Notes under the pieces: model-generated
Told to the model about the DNA's origin: nothing
The model's database searches: none
The model's input: the letters and a program-made list of their open reading frames with translations, nothing else
NCBI GenBank assembly: GCA_963665115.1
Contig: OY762007.1
Location: forward strand, 1,376,001-1,440,000
Direction: 5' to 3'
DNA from: an uncultured Rivularia sp.
Lineage (GTDB): Bacteria > Cyanobacteriota > Cyanobacteriia > Cyanobacteriales > Nostocaceae
DNA length: 64,000 nt
Shown: positions 20,578 to 31,888 of the stretch, piece by piece
Layout of the letters: every line of letters begins with the position of its first letter
Numbering within the stretch: the first letter of the stretch is position 1
Made by a program: the position numbers and the translations under genes

Positions 20578-21939
20578 GTGAACCAGAAAAATATCGGATT
20601 TAATCTCCTCAAAAAAATACGCAATCTAAGCGGAAAAACAACTTTAATATTCTTCTCTTTGCTCTGTAGCGCTCTTCCCGCTCAAGCAGTGAACTTTAAT
20701 TTTACTTATTCCGATGACACCAGCAACGACCAAAAAGAAGCCTTTGAAATGGCAGGTTTGATGTGGGGAGAATTACTGCAAGATGATGTCACCGTTAATA
20801 TTCACGTCGATTTTGCCGATAACAATAAAATGCCGACTAATGTTTTAGGCGGGGCGATACCTGGATTTTATAGTACTTCATCTAATCATGAGAGAACAGG
20901 TTATGAAGCCTACAAGCAAAAACTGTTCGATGACCGCAAGTCGCATAACGACTATACGGTTTTTGATGGAGCAAATGAGAATGTTCCTAATAATTATATA
21001 AGAGACAAATGGTGGGCTTATATGTTGAGGAATAATAATATGATTCATAGCTATGAAATCAGTCTCACCAGAGCCAACGCTAAAGCAGTAGGTATGATTA
21101 ATCCTCACCACAAGGCCCTTGATGGTGTGATTCTGATGAATAAGCTCAATAATCTGAACTACGGATGGAACACTAATTATCTTTCTAATTCTGTTGGTCA
21201 TAGCAAATTTGACCTTACTAGTGTTGCGAAGCATGAAATTGGTCATGCTCTTGGCTTTGTCAGCAGCATGGATTATTTCGATAGCAGTAACTACGATGAT
21301 AGAAATGCTCGCAATGCCACTTTTACTTCCTTCGATATGTTTCGTCGTGGTGCAAGCACGCAAATGTGGGGAACGATAGATATGAGCAACGATAGCCAAA
21401 GCTACTTTTCTTTAGATAATGGTTCTACCCTTATAGGTCTGCTCTCTACTGGTCAAGATACAAGCTTAGGAGCCGATGGCTATCAGGGTAGTCACTGGAG
21501 TGCATTCGACAATGTAGAAGATTTAATGGACCCTACTCTGCCAACAAATCGTCGTAGAATGGCTAATTATAAAGACTTAACCGCTTTAGATGTAATTGGT
21601 TGGGATGCAAATTACGATTCATTGAATATGACCAACTTGGTTAGTCTAAGCAATCTAGCTCAATCCCAAGCTGCTAATGCAGCAAGTAGCAATCCTACTA
21701 GTAGTCTTAAAAAGATGTTTAACCAGCATGGTTGGCGTGGTAGAAACAGCAATCGTAATCGTTTCCGCCAAGGTGTAGATTTAGCTGATTTCCTTGCTCA
21801 AGAAGGATTGTTTCAAAGAGGTGCTTTTTGGTCTCATATGGAAGCAGAAACTGCTTCTGTTCCCGAACCTTCTTCAATATTAGGATTTTTAGGTTTGGGG
21901 TTATTTATGAAGGGTTGTTCGCGCAAAAGAAAAAGTTAA
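20578..21939 (+). CDS. secreted zinc metalloprotease with PEP-CTERM sorting signal
   Basis: Signal peptide ending AQA; HEIGHALG; SHW...LMDP; C-terminal VPEPSS + TM + RKRK. Confidence 0.88.
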   Translation: MNQKNIGFNLLKKIRNLSGKTTLIFFSLLCSALPAQAVNFNFTYSDDTSNDQKEAFEMAGLMWGELLQDDVTVNIHVDFADNNKMPTNVLGGAIPGFYSTSSNHERTGYEAYKQKLFDDRKSHNDYTVFDGANENVPNNYIRDKWWAYMLRNNNMIHSYEISLTRANAKAVGMINPHHKALDGVILMNKLNNLNYGWNTNYLSNSVGHSKFDLTSVAKHEIGHALGFVSSMDYFDSSNYDDRNARNATFTSFDMFRRGASTQMWGTIDMSNDSQSYFSLDNGSTLIGLLSTGQDTSLGADGYQGSHWSAFDNVEDLMDPTLPTNRRRMANYKDLTALDVIGWDANYDSLNMTNLVSLSNLAQSQAANAASSNPTSSLKKMFNQHGWRGRNSNRNRFRQGVDLADFLAQEGLFQRGAFWSHMEAETASVPEPSSILGFLGLGLFMKGCSRKRKS

Positions 21940-21962
21940 TTTAGTCATTTACTTCTTGCCTT

Positions 21963-22081
21963 TAGGGAGTAGGGAGTAGGGAGTAGGGAGTAGGGAGTAG
22001 GGAGTAGTGAGTAGGAAGTAGTGAGTAGGGAGTAGGGAGTAGGGAGTAGTGAGTAGGAAGTAGTGAGTAGTGAGTAGGGAA
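21963..22081. repeat. STRR array (TAGGGAG/TAGTGAG/TAGGAAG) x about 17
   Basis: Direct reading of tandem heptamers. Confidence 0.95.
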
Positions 22082-22216
22082 ATGTACCTCATATACCTGC
22101 AAAGTGCTGTATGTAGCCGCACCCCTATAGGGTGTCGAATAAAATTTTTTTTAACCTAAAAATAAATATTACTTGTAGAGAGTATTAATTTACTTAGATA
22201 TTTTGGGAAAGATATG

Positions 22217-22257
22217 AATAAGTTCCCGATAAATACAGATGTATTTGGGAACTTATT
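22217..22257. promoter_or_regulatory. 41-bp inverted repeat upstream of the TpsA-like gene
   Basis: AATAAGTTCCC...AAATACA-GA-TGTATTT-GGGAACTTATT. Confidence 0.4.
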
Positions 22258-22291
22258 TTTCTGAAACCGTGCAATCTAGGTCAACTACCGA

Positions 22292-25200
22292 ATGTCTAGC
22301 ATCTCCATCCTTAAAGTGTTTCGGGTTTTTCCCAACCAAGCAAAAATTTCTTGGCTAAGTATTATTACACCTGTAGTTTGCTGCTCGTTTCTTGCTCATC
22401 CGATAAAGGTTACAGCCCAACTTGCTCCCGACAATAACTTACCCAACAATACAGTAGTTTCACCGAACGGAAATCTGATTGATATCATTGGAGGTACTAG
22501 ACCGGGAAATGGTGCTAATCTGTTTCACAGCTTTCAAGATTTTTCTGTAAATTCCAATCAAACTGCCCGCTTTCGACACAATAGCGGAATTGAAAACATT
22601 ATTAATCGGGTAACGGGTGGTTCAATTTCTAATATTAATGGTACTATTCAAACCCTAATTAATGGCACTACTAATAAAGGTAGTGCCAATCTTTTTATTA
22701 TTAATCCTAATGGAATAATTTTTGGAGCCAATGCCAAATTAGATATTGGCGGTTCATTTTTTGCTAGTACTGCTGATAGTATTAAATTTGCAGATGGTAG
22801 CTTTTATAGTGCTGTGAATCCTCAAGAACCACCGCTGCTAACTGTTAATATTCCTTTAGGCTTACAATACAACAATTCTAATCCTGGAACTATTACCGTT
22901 CAAGGTAATGGTAATAACCTGTTCTTCGACCCCGATACCTTCGCTACAGACAGAGATAATCGTCCTGTGGGATTGCAAGTAGTAGCTGGTGAAACTTTAG
23001 CTCTTGTGGGTGGAAATGTAAATTTAGAAGGTGGGAATGTCACCGCAGAACAAGGCAGAATTGAGATAGGTAGCGTCCAAGGAGAAGGATTAGTAACTCT
23101 TAAAAGTGTTGATTCTACAGCTTCAGGTTGGAATTTAGATTACACTAAGGCGAACAACTTCAGGGATATTAATCTGATAAATGCTGCTTCTATTGATGTC
23201 AGTGGTAACGGTGGTGGTGAGGTACAAGTTATAGGACGTAATATCTCTTTATTTGATGGTTCCGCTATCTTGGGTAATACTCTGGGTGACTCTCCAGCAA
23301 GAACTTTAAATATTAAAGCAGCAGAAACATTAGAAGTGGTGGGTTTTTCCTCTGATTTCCCATTTTCAACTAGCATATCTAGCGATGTTGGTTTTAAAGC
23401 TAAAGGTAACGGTGGTAGAGTTGAAATTGATGCTAAAAACTTAATTGTTGCCGATGGAGGACAGATAGGAAGCGGTAGTTTTGGCTTTGGTGATGGAGGA
23501 ATTGTTGAGGTTAAGGCTGAGAATATCGAGTTAATTTTTGGTGGTCCAGATGGTCCTAGTGGTTTGTTTACTACTGCTGAATTTGGTACTGGTAATGGTG
23601 GTAATGTTATCGTCAAAACTGACAATTTATTAGTACAAGAAGGAGCTAGCATCACCAGTCAAACTTTTAGTGAGGGAAATGCTGGAAATGTAGACATTAC
23701 TGCCAAAAATATTCAAATAGCTGGTACTGCTTTTGGTGAATTTCCTAGTACTTTATCTACTAATAGTTTTTCCCCTGCTGGTAATGGAGGAAATATAAAA
23801 ATAAAGACTGATACTTTAAACTTGGTTGATGGAGCAGAAATTCGAGCTTCTACGTTTGGTTCTGGGAATGCAGGTGAATTAGATATTCAAGCTAAGCAAA
23901 TAGAAATCTCTGGTGCTTCTCCAGTTGGATTGGGTAGTGGTATATTTGCAAATCTAGAAGAAGAAGCATCTGGTAATGGTGGTTTAATCGAAATTAAAAC
24001 AGAAGATTTGCGGTTACTAGATGGAGGACAAATTAGCACTAGTGCTTTTGGTTCTGGAAACGGGGGGACTTTAAAAATCAAAGCTGAGGATATTATTGTC
24101 AGTGGATTTTTAAACAATAATCCGAGCGGTTTATTTAGTAGTGCTGATGTTGGTCGGGGTGGAGATTTAACTATTGAAACTACAAGTTTACGTGCGAACG
24201 AGGGAGGACAAATTAGTTCGACTACATTTGGGAAGGGAGATGCAGGTAATTTAAACGTAAAAGCTAAAGAAATATATCTAAGTGATTTTACAGTACTTGG
24301 ACGTAGCGGTTTATTGGCAACAGCGATTGAAGGTACTGGTGATGGTGGTAAGTTAACTGTGGAGACGGATAAACTTATTATCCAAAACGGTGCTACCGTT
24401 AGTTCGAGCAATTTCACCAGCCGCGATTCTGATATACCTCCAGGACAAGGGAAAGCAGGTGATATTGAAATTAATGCTCGCATCTTGGAGTTAGATAGTA
24501 ATAATCCTGAAGAACCAGCAAGTATCAATGCTTCTACCTTTAGTGGTGGAGGAGGGAATGTCACTCTAAATGTAAACGAAGTTTTTGTTCGTAACGGTAG
24601 TCAAATTACTGCGGAAGCCAGAGGAAGCGGTGATGGTGGTAGTTTAAAGCTAATTAATGACTATTTACAACTTGAAAGTGGTGGCTCACTTAGTACCAGT
24701 ACTATTGCAGCAGGTAATGGAGGAATCATTAATATTCAAGCTGCTAATATCCGAAGTGATGGTACCAATAGCGGCATATTTAGCCAAGCAACGGCTGATT
24801 CTTCTGGAGATAGTGGGATTATAAATTTGAATTCTGATACCTTAACCTTGAGTAACGCAGCAGCAATAAGTACTAGCAGTCAAGGAACGGGAAACGCTGG
24901 TATTCTCAACGTTGAAGCGGATAAAATCAAACTTTATAGTAATGGTCAAGTTACTACTAATAGTACGGGATTGGGACAAGCAGGTAATATTAATATCTTA
25001 TTTGAACGCTTAGAAACGAATCGAGGAAAAATTACCGCAACTTCCGAAAAAACAGGCGGTGGAGATATTACTTTAACTGCTACAGCCAGTGAAATATTTC
25101 TTCGCAATAATAGTTTAATTAGTACCAGCGTGCTTGATAGTACGGGTGGGGGCGGTAATATTACTATAATCGCCGATATCATTGCTGGTTTTGAAAACAG

Positions 25201-25720
25201 TGACATTAGCGCCAACGCAGTTGAAGGAAACGGTGGTAACATTAACATTACTACTCAAGGTATTTTCGGTTTAGAATTTCGCGAGCAACCAACCGAGCAA
25301 AGCGATATTACTGCAAGTTCCCAATTTGGCGTTAACGGTACAGTCGAAATTAACAATATTGGTATTGACCCCAGTTCCGGTTTAGTAGATTTACCCACAG
25401 AATTAACAGATTCATCGCAAAAAATTGCGACTGGATGTTCTAAGCAAAATAGAAATAGTTTTGTAGCTATTGGAAGAGGCGGGATACCATACAATCCCAG
25501 TCAATCTTTGAATCATAACAATATTTGGTCAGACCTTCGCAATTTTTCGGCCTCTCGCAAGCAAACTGATAATTCTGCAAAAATTACACGATTATCAAAT
25601 AAACCAGCAATTGTAGAAGCTACTGGTTTTAGACGTAATAAAAAAGGGGAAATTGAACTTGTTGCTGCTCAAAACAAACCTTTTACAGCATCCTTTAACT
25701 GTAAAGTAAATAATACATAA
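22292..25720 (+). CDS. filamentous-haemagglutinin-like (TpsA) exoprotein
   Basis: TPS domain (NLFHSF, NIINRVTGG, NLFIINPNGI); G.GG.I.I beta-helix repeats; cyanobacterial C-terminal C...F..GRGG.P...W.DLR...IVEATG...IELVA...C. Confidence 0.93.
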   Translation: MSSISILKVFRVFPNQAKISWLSIITPVVCCSFLAHPIKVTAQLAPDNNLPNNTVVSPNGNLIDIIGGTRPGNGANLFHSFQDFSVNSNQTARFRHNSGIENIINRVTGGSISNINGTIQTLINGTTNKGSANLFIINPNGIIFGANAKLDIGGSFFASTADSIKFADGSFYSAVNPQEPPLLTVNIPLGLQYNNSNPGTITVQGNGNNLFFDPDTFATDRDNRPVGLQVVAGETLALVGGNVNLEGGNVTAEQGRIEIGSVQGEGLVTLKSVDSTASGWNLDYTKANNFRDINLINAASIDVSGNGGGEVQVIGRNISLFDGSAILGNTLGDSPARTLNIKAAETLEVVGFSSDFPFSTSISSDVGFKAKGNGGRVEIDAKNLIVADGGQIGSGSFGFGDGGIVEVKAENIELIFGGPDGPSGLFTTAEFGTGNGGNVIVKTDNLLVQEGASITSQTFSEGNAGNVDITAKNIQIAGTAFGEFPSTLSTNSFSPAGNGGNIKIKTDTLNLVDGAEIRASTFGSGNAGELDIQAKQIEISGASPVGLGSGIFANLEEEASGNGGLIEIKTEDLRLLDGGQISTSAFGSGNGGTLKIKAEDIIVSGFLNNNPSGLFSSADVGRGGDLTIETTSLRANEGGQISSTTFGKGDAGNLNVKAKEIYLSDFTVLGRSGLLATAIEGTGDGGKLTVETDKLIIQNGATVSSSNFTSRDSDIPPGQGKAGDIEINARILELDSNNPEEPASINASTFSGGGGNVTLNVNEVFVRNGSQITAEARGSGDGGSLKLINDYLQLESGGSLSTSTIAAGNGGIINIQAANIRSDGTNSGIFSQATADSSGDSGIINLNSDTLTLSNAAAISTSSQGTGNAGILNVEADKIKLYSNGQVTTNSTGLGQAGNINILFERLETNRGKITATSEKTGGGDITLTATASEIFLRNNSLISTSVLDSTGGGGNITIIADIIAGFENSDISANAVEGNGGNINITTQGIFGLEFREQPTEQSDITASSQFGVNGTVEINNIGIDPSSGLVDLPTELTDSSQKIATGCSKQNRNSFVAIGRGGIPYNPSQSLNHNNIWSDLRNFSASRKQTDNSAKITRLSNKPAIVEATGFRRNKKGEIELVAAQNKPFTASFNCKVNNT

Positions 25721-26002
25721 TTAAACAGTATTCTAAAGTTTTTATTTAATTTATTTAAATATATAACTTATATAAAATTCACATTTTGTACTCCAACAAA
25801 TACTACTCATTAATCGTTCTTCGCCCCTACATACGTATTTGTGAAAGTTAAGATAAGAAATGTAGGAGACGCTAATTACTATCAGCAAACGTACCGATGG
25901 CAATTAGCTAATGATACTAATAAACTGGCAATAATCTTATTCTCTGTAATGAGGGGATAAAAGTTTTTTAACAGTTTTATAACTTGCCTCGTGCATTTTT
26001 TT

Positions 26003-26725
26003 ATGGCTAATAAAAATAAACCACTTTTCAAAAACTTACTTTTGGCAATCAGTTGCGTGTTTACCTTGTCTATGGTTTCTGCGTGGATAACTCCAGCCCA
26101 AGCAGGGATGACTTTTACACCACGAGGAGGACAAGCACCTAAAACTAATACAGTTCCAGGAGGTTCTCGTGGAGATACTTGTGCAATTGGTAAATCTAAT
26201 CAGAAGAATGGAGCGATAGTAAAAGTATTACCTAAATCGAATATCGGTTTAACAACACAACAACGTCCATTAATAATGGTGTATGTTCCAGCAAGTACTG
26301 CTCAAAAGGCATTTTTTAGTATCCAGGATGAGGATTTAAATCATTATTATCAAACAACTTTACAGCTACCTGAGAAAGCAGGAGTGATGGAAATTAAAAT
26401 CCCAGATTCGGTTCCAGCGTTAGCTACGGGCAAAAATTATCAATATTCTTTGGCAATGATTTGCGGTATAGATTTAGAACCGGACGATCCGCTAACTAGT
26501 GGTTGGATTCAGCGAGTTCAGCCCAAAGGTAATCTAGTAAATCAACAACCTTCTGTGGAGTTAGCATCCCAGCTTGCATCTGATGGTATATGGTTCGATG
26601 CGGTTTCTACTCTTGCAGAATTGAGAAAGTCACAGCCCGACAACCAATCTGTTGTTAATTCTTGGCAGCAACTATTGAATTCTGCTGGCTTAAGTGAAAT
26701 TGCCCAAGAACCAATAGTTAATTAA
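26003..26725 (+). CDS. DUF928 domain protein
   Basis: Signal peptide; GGSRG.C, GLT...RP...YVP, GWIQRV, GIWFDA, WQQLL.S.GL. Confidence 0.9.
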   Translation: MANKNKPLFKNLLLAISCVFTLSMVSAWITPAQAGMTFTPRGGQAPKTNTVPGGSRGDTCAIGKSNQKNGAIVKVLPKSNIGLTTQQRPLIMVYVPASTAQKAFFSIQDEDLNHYYQTTLQLPEKAGVMEIKIPDSVPALATGKNYQYSLAMICGIDLEPDDPLTSGWIQRVQPKGNLVNQQPSVELASQLASDGIWFDAVSTLAELRKSQPDNQSVVNSWQQLLNSAGLSEIAQEPIVN

Positions 26726-26733
26726 CATAATTT

Positions 26734-29469
26734 GTGATGTGGTCAAAGTTTAAAACGTTTTTATGGGAATGGCGTTTTGTTGCGATAACAACCCCTGCTG
26801 TAGCTTTGACTGTAATTGCAGCAAGTACCACAGGATGTTTTCAGCTTTTGGAGTGGACAACTCTAGAGCATTTTTTCGCTATCCGTCCTCATGAAAAGCC
26901 CGAAAAGCGAATTTTAATCGTCACTATTGACGAAAAGGACATCACCAAAGTTGGTAAATGGCCAATTCCGGGTGCTGTTTTGGCTGATGCTTTAAAAAAA
27001 ATCAATCAGCATCAGCCAGCAGTTATTGGTATGGATATTTTTCGAGACTTACCAGTGGAACCCGGTCATCAGAAACTGGTTAAGGTGATGCAGACTACAC
27101 CAAATTTGATTGGAATCAAAAAAATGTTAGGGGATAAAGTTGCACCATCCCCTACTTTATCTAAACTTAACCAAGTAGCTCTTGCCGATATGCTTTCGGA
27201 TACAGATGGTAAGGTTCGACGAGGATTGCTATCTGCGAATGATGGAAATAGCGGCAATGTTGTTTTGGGTTTAGCGGCAAATTTAAGCTTAAAATACTTA
27301 GAAGAAAAAGGTATTCAGTTAGCGAGTAACGACCCGGAAGGGAAATCTTTGCGATTGGGTAAAGCGGTATTTTATCCGCTTGCAGGAGAAGAATTTGCTT
27401 ACCGTGATGCAGATACGGCCATCTACCAAATTTTACTTAATTATCGCGATATAGACAACAATTTTGATACAGTTAGTTTGCGAGATGTGCTATCGGGTAA
27501 TTTGTCTGAAGAACAAGTGCGATCGCGCATCGTATTAATAGGTACGACGGCCAAGAGTGTTAATGATTTCCACAACATTGGCTATACTCCTAGCTTAAAA
27601 GATCAAAATGTTCCTATGGCTGGTGTGGTAATTCACGCTCATTTAGTTAGCCAGATTTTAAGTGCAGCATTGGATGGAAGACCTATGATAAATATCTTGT
27701 CTTCCCAAGGGGAATGGCTGTGGATTTTATGTTGGTCTTTTACTGGTAGTTGGGTTAGTTGGCAATTACTGCAAGTTAACTTAAAGGGGAAGCGAGGGTT
27801 TTGGGGATTATCCATATTAGGTATATCAATTGCTGTAGGAACTTTGATTGTTACTAGCTATGGCAGCTTTATGGTAGGTTGGTGGATTCCTACGGTTTCG
27901 CCTTTTATTGCTCTGATTAGTTCGGCAATTATAGTTAGTAGTTTTCATAAGCAATGGCAATTAGAACAAGCCAATGAAAAGTTACAGGAATATTCTCACA
28001 CTTTGGAAGTCAAGGTAGAAGAGAGAACTAAAGAATTAGTTAAAGCTAAAGAAGCAGCAGATGTGGCTTCTCAAGCTAAAAGTGAGTTTCTTGCGAATAT
28101 GAGTCATGAATTGCGAACACCTTTGAATGGTATTTTAGGTTACGCACAGATATTAAAACGTTCGCAAAATATAGCTAAAACAGAACTTGATGGAGTGGAA
28201 ATTATCTATCAATGTGGTTCCCATTTGTTGACTTTAATTAATGATATTTTGGATTTATCCAAAATTGAAGCTCGCAAATTAGAATTGCACTCCAATGATA
28301 TCAAATTTGATTCATTCTTAACTGGGGTTGCCGAAATATGTCGTATTCGTGCCGAACAAAAAGGTATTGGATTTTATTCTCAATTTGATTCGCAACTTCC
28401 GCTAATAGTAAATACTGACGAAAAGCGGTTACGTCAGGTTTTGATAAATTTATTAGGAAATGCAATCAAATTTACCGATAAAGGTGAAGTTTATTTTTCT
28501 ATTCGAGTAATAGAAAAATATGACTTAGATATAGATAGCGCTCAAAATATTTATAAAATTCGCTTTGAAATTATCGATAGCGGTGTGGGAATGACACCGG
28601 AACAATTAAGTCAAATATTTTTACCTTTTGAACAAGTGGGGGATAAAAATAAACAAGCTGAAGGTACGGGATTGGGATTGGCTATTAGTCGCAAAATTAC
28701 TGAATTAATGGGTAGTGGTATTAATGTAGAAAGTAATTTGGGTTTGGGTAGTAAATTTTGGTTTGATGTTGATTTAAAGGTTAGCCAGGAGAAGATACAG
28801 GACAAATCCGATTTATCAAACAGCCAAATTATCGGTTTGAAACACTGTAAACCTAATATTTTAGTCGTGGATGACCAGTGGGAAAATCGCTCAATTATTA
28901 TCAATTGTTTAAAAGCAATTGGTTTTTGTTGTTTTGAAGCAAGTAATGGTCAGGAGGGCTTAAAAAAAGCGGAAGATATCAAACCAGATTTAATTATAAC
29001 TGATATCTCTATGCCAGAAATAGATGGTTTGGAAATGATAGAAACTCTCAGAAATAATCAAGAATTTAGTAATGTACCAATTGTGGTGTCATCTGCTAGC
29101 GTTTACGAAAATGATGTTAAGCAAAGTTTAGCTGCTGGTGCGAATGAATTTTTACCGAAGCCCATACAAATAGATAACTTGTTACAAATTTTACAAAACT
29201 ATTTACAATTGGAGTGGATTTATGCCAAAAATGAACAAAAATATTTAAATGAAGAATCTATTGAGGAACAAGAATTAATCGCTCCTTCGGAAGAAGAAAT
29301 GGATAAATTATTCGATTTAGCTATGCGAGGAAATGTAAGTAGTATAGAAAATTTCTTAGAAAATTTAGAAAGTTCGGATCAAAGTTTCAAACCTTTCGTA
29401 GCAAAAATTAGAGAGCTTGCTGATAATTTCCAATTTAAACAAATTAGACAATATATAAAATCTTTCTAA
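26734..29469 (+). CDS. CHASE2-domain hybrid sensor histidine kinase
   Basis: CHASE2 ([21 protein letters not shown]), 3 [16 protein letters not shown], HATPase, C-terminal REC. Confidence 0.95.
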   Translation: MMWSKFKTFLWEWRFVAITTPAVALTVIAASTTGCFQLLEWTTLEHFFAIRPHEKPEKRILIVTIDEKDITKVGKWPIPGAVLADALKKINQHQPAVIGMDIFRDLPVEPGHQKLVKVMQTTPNLIGIKKMLGDKVAPSPTLSKLNQVALADMLSDTDGKVRRGLLSANDGNSGNVVLGLAANLSLKYLEEKGIQLASNDPEGKSLRLGKAVFYPLAGEEFAYRDADTAIYQILLNYRDIDNNFDTVSLRDVLSGNLSEEQVRSRIVLIGTTAKSVNDFHNIGYTPSLKDQNVPMAGVVIHAHLVSQILSAALDGRPMINILSSQGEWLWILCWSFTGSWVSWQLLQVNLKGKRGFWGLSILGISIAVGTLIVTSYGSFMVGWWIPTVSPFIALISSAIIVSSFHKQWQLEQANEKLQEYSHTLEVKVEERTKELVKAKEAADVASQAKSEFLANMSHELRTPLNGILGYAQILKRSQNIAKTELDGVEIIYQCGSHLLTLINDILDLSKIEARKLELHSNDIKFDSFLTGVAEICRIRAEQKGIGFYSQFDSQLPLIVNTDEKRLRQVLINLLGNAIKFTDKGEVYFSIRVIEKYDLDIDSAQNIYKIRFEIIDSGVGMTPEQLSQIFLPFEQVGDKNKQAEGTGLGLAISRKITELMGSGINVESNLGLGSKFWFDVDLKVSQEKIQDKSDLSNSQIIGLKHCKPNILVVDDQWENRSIIINCLKAIGFCCFEASNGQEGLKKAEDIKPDLIITDISMPEIDGLEMIETLRNNQEFSNVPIVVSSASVYENDVKQSLAAGANEFLPKPIQIDNLLQILQNYLQLEWIYAKNEQKYLNEESIEEQELIAPSEEEMDKLFDLAMRGNVSSIENFLENLESSDQSFKPFVAKIRELADNFQFKQIRQYIKSF

Positions 29470-29635
29470 GTTGAAAAAATCTAATTATGAACCTTCTAAT
29501 TTTAGTTCAAAAACAAGCACCTAATATTCCACCGTAGAAATTATCACTTATAGGTAATTGAAGTTAGTATTCAGGGCTTTAGCCCTTACTACTAACCAGA
29601 TAAATTTTATCTAAAATCTAAAATCTAAAATTGAA

Positions 29636-30952
29636 ATGACTTATTCAGAACAGCCAATAGTTTTAATTGTTGACGATAATCCCACAAATATTAAAGTCCT
29701 ATCCGGAGCCATCGCTGATTCTGGATGGGAAATATTAGTAGCTACCGATGGTGAAAGTGCTATCGAACAAGCCGAATATGCTAAACCAGATTTAATATTA
29801 CTAGATGTAATGATGCCGGGAATCGATGGGTTTGAAGCTTGTAACCAACTCAAACAAAATCTCGCAACTCATGAAATTCCGATAATTTTCATGACAGCGC
29901 TTTCCGATACGGTAGACAAAGTAAAAGGGCTTTCTTTAGGTGCTGTAGACTATATTACCAAACCGTTTCAGACAGAGGAAGTATTAGCCCGTGTTAACAT
30001 ACATTTAAAAATGCGCTTTTTGAATAAGCAATTAGCAGAACAAAAAAATGATTTAGAAAAACGAGTAGAAGAGCGTACTGATGAACTAAAAACGGCTCTT
30101 AATAATTTGCAAGAATCTCAACTTCAACTTGTACAAACAGAAAAAATGTCTGCTTTAGGAGAATTAGTAGCTGGAGTTGCTCACGAAATTAACAATCCCG
30201 TGGGTTTTATTGATGGTAATCTGGAATTTTTGGAAGAAAATACGTCAGATATAATTAAACATTTACGACTTTATCAAAAATATTATCCTAACCCACAATT
30301 AGAAATCTCTAAAAATGCAAAAGATATTGAATTAGATATCTTAATTGAAGATATGCCTCAAATTATTTCTTCTATGAAAATAGGAGTAGAGCGTATTGGA
30401 AATATCAGTACTAGTCTGCGAACTTTCTCTCGTTCTGATAGTTCATTGAAAGTAGCTTGCGATATTCATGAAGGAATTGACAGCACTTTAATGATTCTCA
30501 AGCATCGGTTGAAAGCTAACAACAAACGACCAGAAATTAAAGTCCTGAGAAATTATGGAGATTTACCTTTAGTTAAGTGCTATTCGGGTCAATTAAATCA
30601 AGTATTTATGAATATTATTTCCAATTCTATAGATGCTTTAGATGATTATAACAGTAAATTATCTTATGAAGAAAAAAATAAAAATGCTAGCAATATTTTA
30701 ATTACAACCGAATTTGATTCAAATAGTGACAAAGTAAGTATATCTTTTAAAGATAATGGTCCTGGAATAGCAGGTGATGTATTAAAAAGTATATTTGAAC
30801 AGTTTTTCACTACGAAAAGTGTTGGCAAAGGTACTGGATTGGGATTATCTATCAGCAAACAGATAGTAGAAGAAAAGCATCAGGGTGAGTTAGTTTGTAA
30901 TTCCGTACCTGGAGAAGGAACAGAATTTACTATAGAACTTTCAGCGGAATAA
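29636..30952 (+). CDS. REC-histidine kinase hybrid
   Basis: LIVDD, DLILLDVMMP, GVAHEINNP, GKGTGLGL. Confidence 0.95.
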   Translation: MTYSEQPIVLIVDDNPTNIKVLSGAIADSGWEILVATDGESAIEQAEYAKPDLILLDVMMPGIDGFEACNQLKQNLATHEIPIIFMTALSDTVDKVKGLSLGAVDYITKPFQTEEVLARVNIHLKMRFLNKQLAEQKNDLEKRVEERTDELKTALNNLQESQLQLVQTEKMSALGELVAGVAHEINNPVGFIDGNLEFLEENTSDIIKHLRLYQKYYPNPQLEISKNAKDIELDILIEDMPQIISSMKIGVERIGNISTSLRTFSRSDSSLKVACDIHEGIDSTLMILKHRLKANNKRPEIKVLRNYGDLPLVKCYSGQLNQVFMNIISNSIDALDDYNSKLSYEEKNKNASNILITTEFDSNSDKVSISFKDNGPGIAGDVLKSIFEQFFTTKSVGKGTGLGLSISKQIVEEKHQGELVCNSVPGEGTEFTIELSAE

Positions 30953-31088
30953 ATTACAATATCATATTAAAACAAAAAAATCGCAATTTTTAGCTATTGC
31001 TAAACATAATAGAATTTAGTTATCTGCATCTACTTTTTCGCTTTTATATCATTATATTTTTTAATCTATTTTTTCGGATATTTATTAC

Positions 31089-31686
31089 GCGCAAACGCAG
31101 CCCATTTTCCCAGATAAAACTCTACCACAAAATTCCAGGATTAACCGGAATGGCAATATATATAATATAAATAATAGTACTGTAAAAGAAAGTAATTTAT
31201 TTCATAGTTTTGAACGGTTTAATGTGCCTAACGGTACTGAAACTGTATTTAATAATACTTCTAATATCAAAAATATTTTTACTAAAGTAACTGGTAATTC
31301 GATTTCTAATATTGACGGAATTTTAAAAGCCAACGGTAGCGCAAATCTATTTTTAATCAATCCTAACAGAATTCTTTTTGGCGATTAGGTGTACTGCACA
31401 AGGAGGTAATAACTTTACGCTAACAGGCAAAGGAGATTTACCAGAAAATTCCACGGTTAAATTAACGAGAATGACATTGTGGGCAGATTTACGGGTTCCT
31501 CAGCGAAGGGGGAGTGAGAAATCGATTGCAGAAAATAATCTTGCTTCTTATTCTCCAATTGTAGAAGCTACGGGTTGTGAATTAGATGAATTTGGAAGTA
31601 TCGAATTAGTGGCGATCGCACCGAAAAATTTTGAAGATTGGCAACAAATGCCTAATTGTGAGGAAGTACCAGTACGTAATAATTAA
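31089..31686 (+). pseudogene. internally deleted TpsA/FHA-like gene
   Basis: 31089-31388 encodes a start-less TPS domain (NLFHSF...NIFTKVTG...ANLFLINPN); 31378-31686 in another frame encodes the C-terminal tail (WADLR...PIVEATG...IELVA...C). Confidence 0.8.
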
Positions 31687-31888
31687 ATTAAATATCTACA
31701 AAAACTAGAGAAATTACGGATTCGGCATCTCTTTTATCTGTGTTCAATAGTACAAGTAACTTTATTAGATAAAGAATCTGTAAGGTGAGGTTATGTTAAT
31801 GATCGAGCTTCGCAGTAGGGGCTGAAGCCACTTACTACAAACAAACTGAATTGCCGATAGTTAAAAGTGCATCTATATAGAAGAAGCA

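Noticed and set aside
21963..22081. Repeat array as a possible CRISPR
   Set aside because: Contiguous heptamers with no spacers and no cas genes; a standard STRR.
23140..25494. Long antisense ORFs inside the TpsA gene
   Set aside because: By-product of repetitive Gly/Asn/Thr codon usage on the sense strand.
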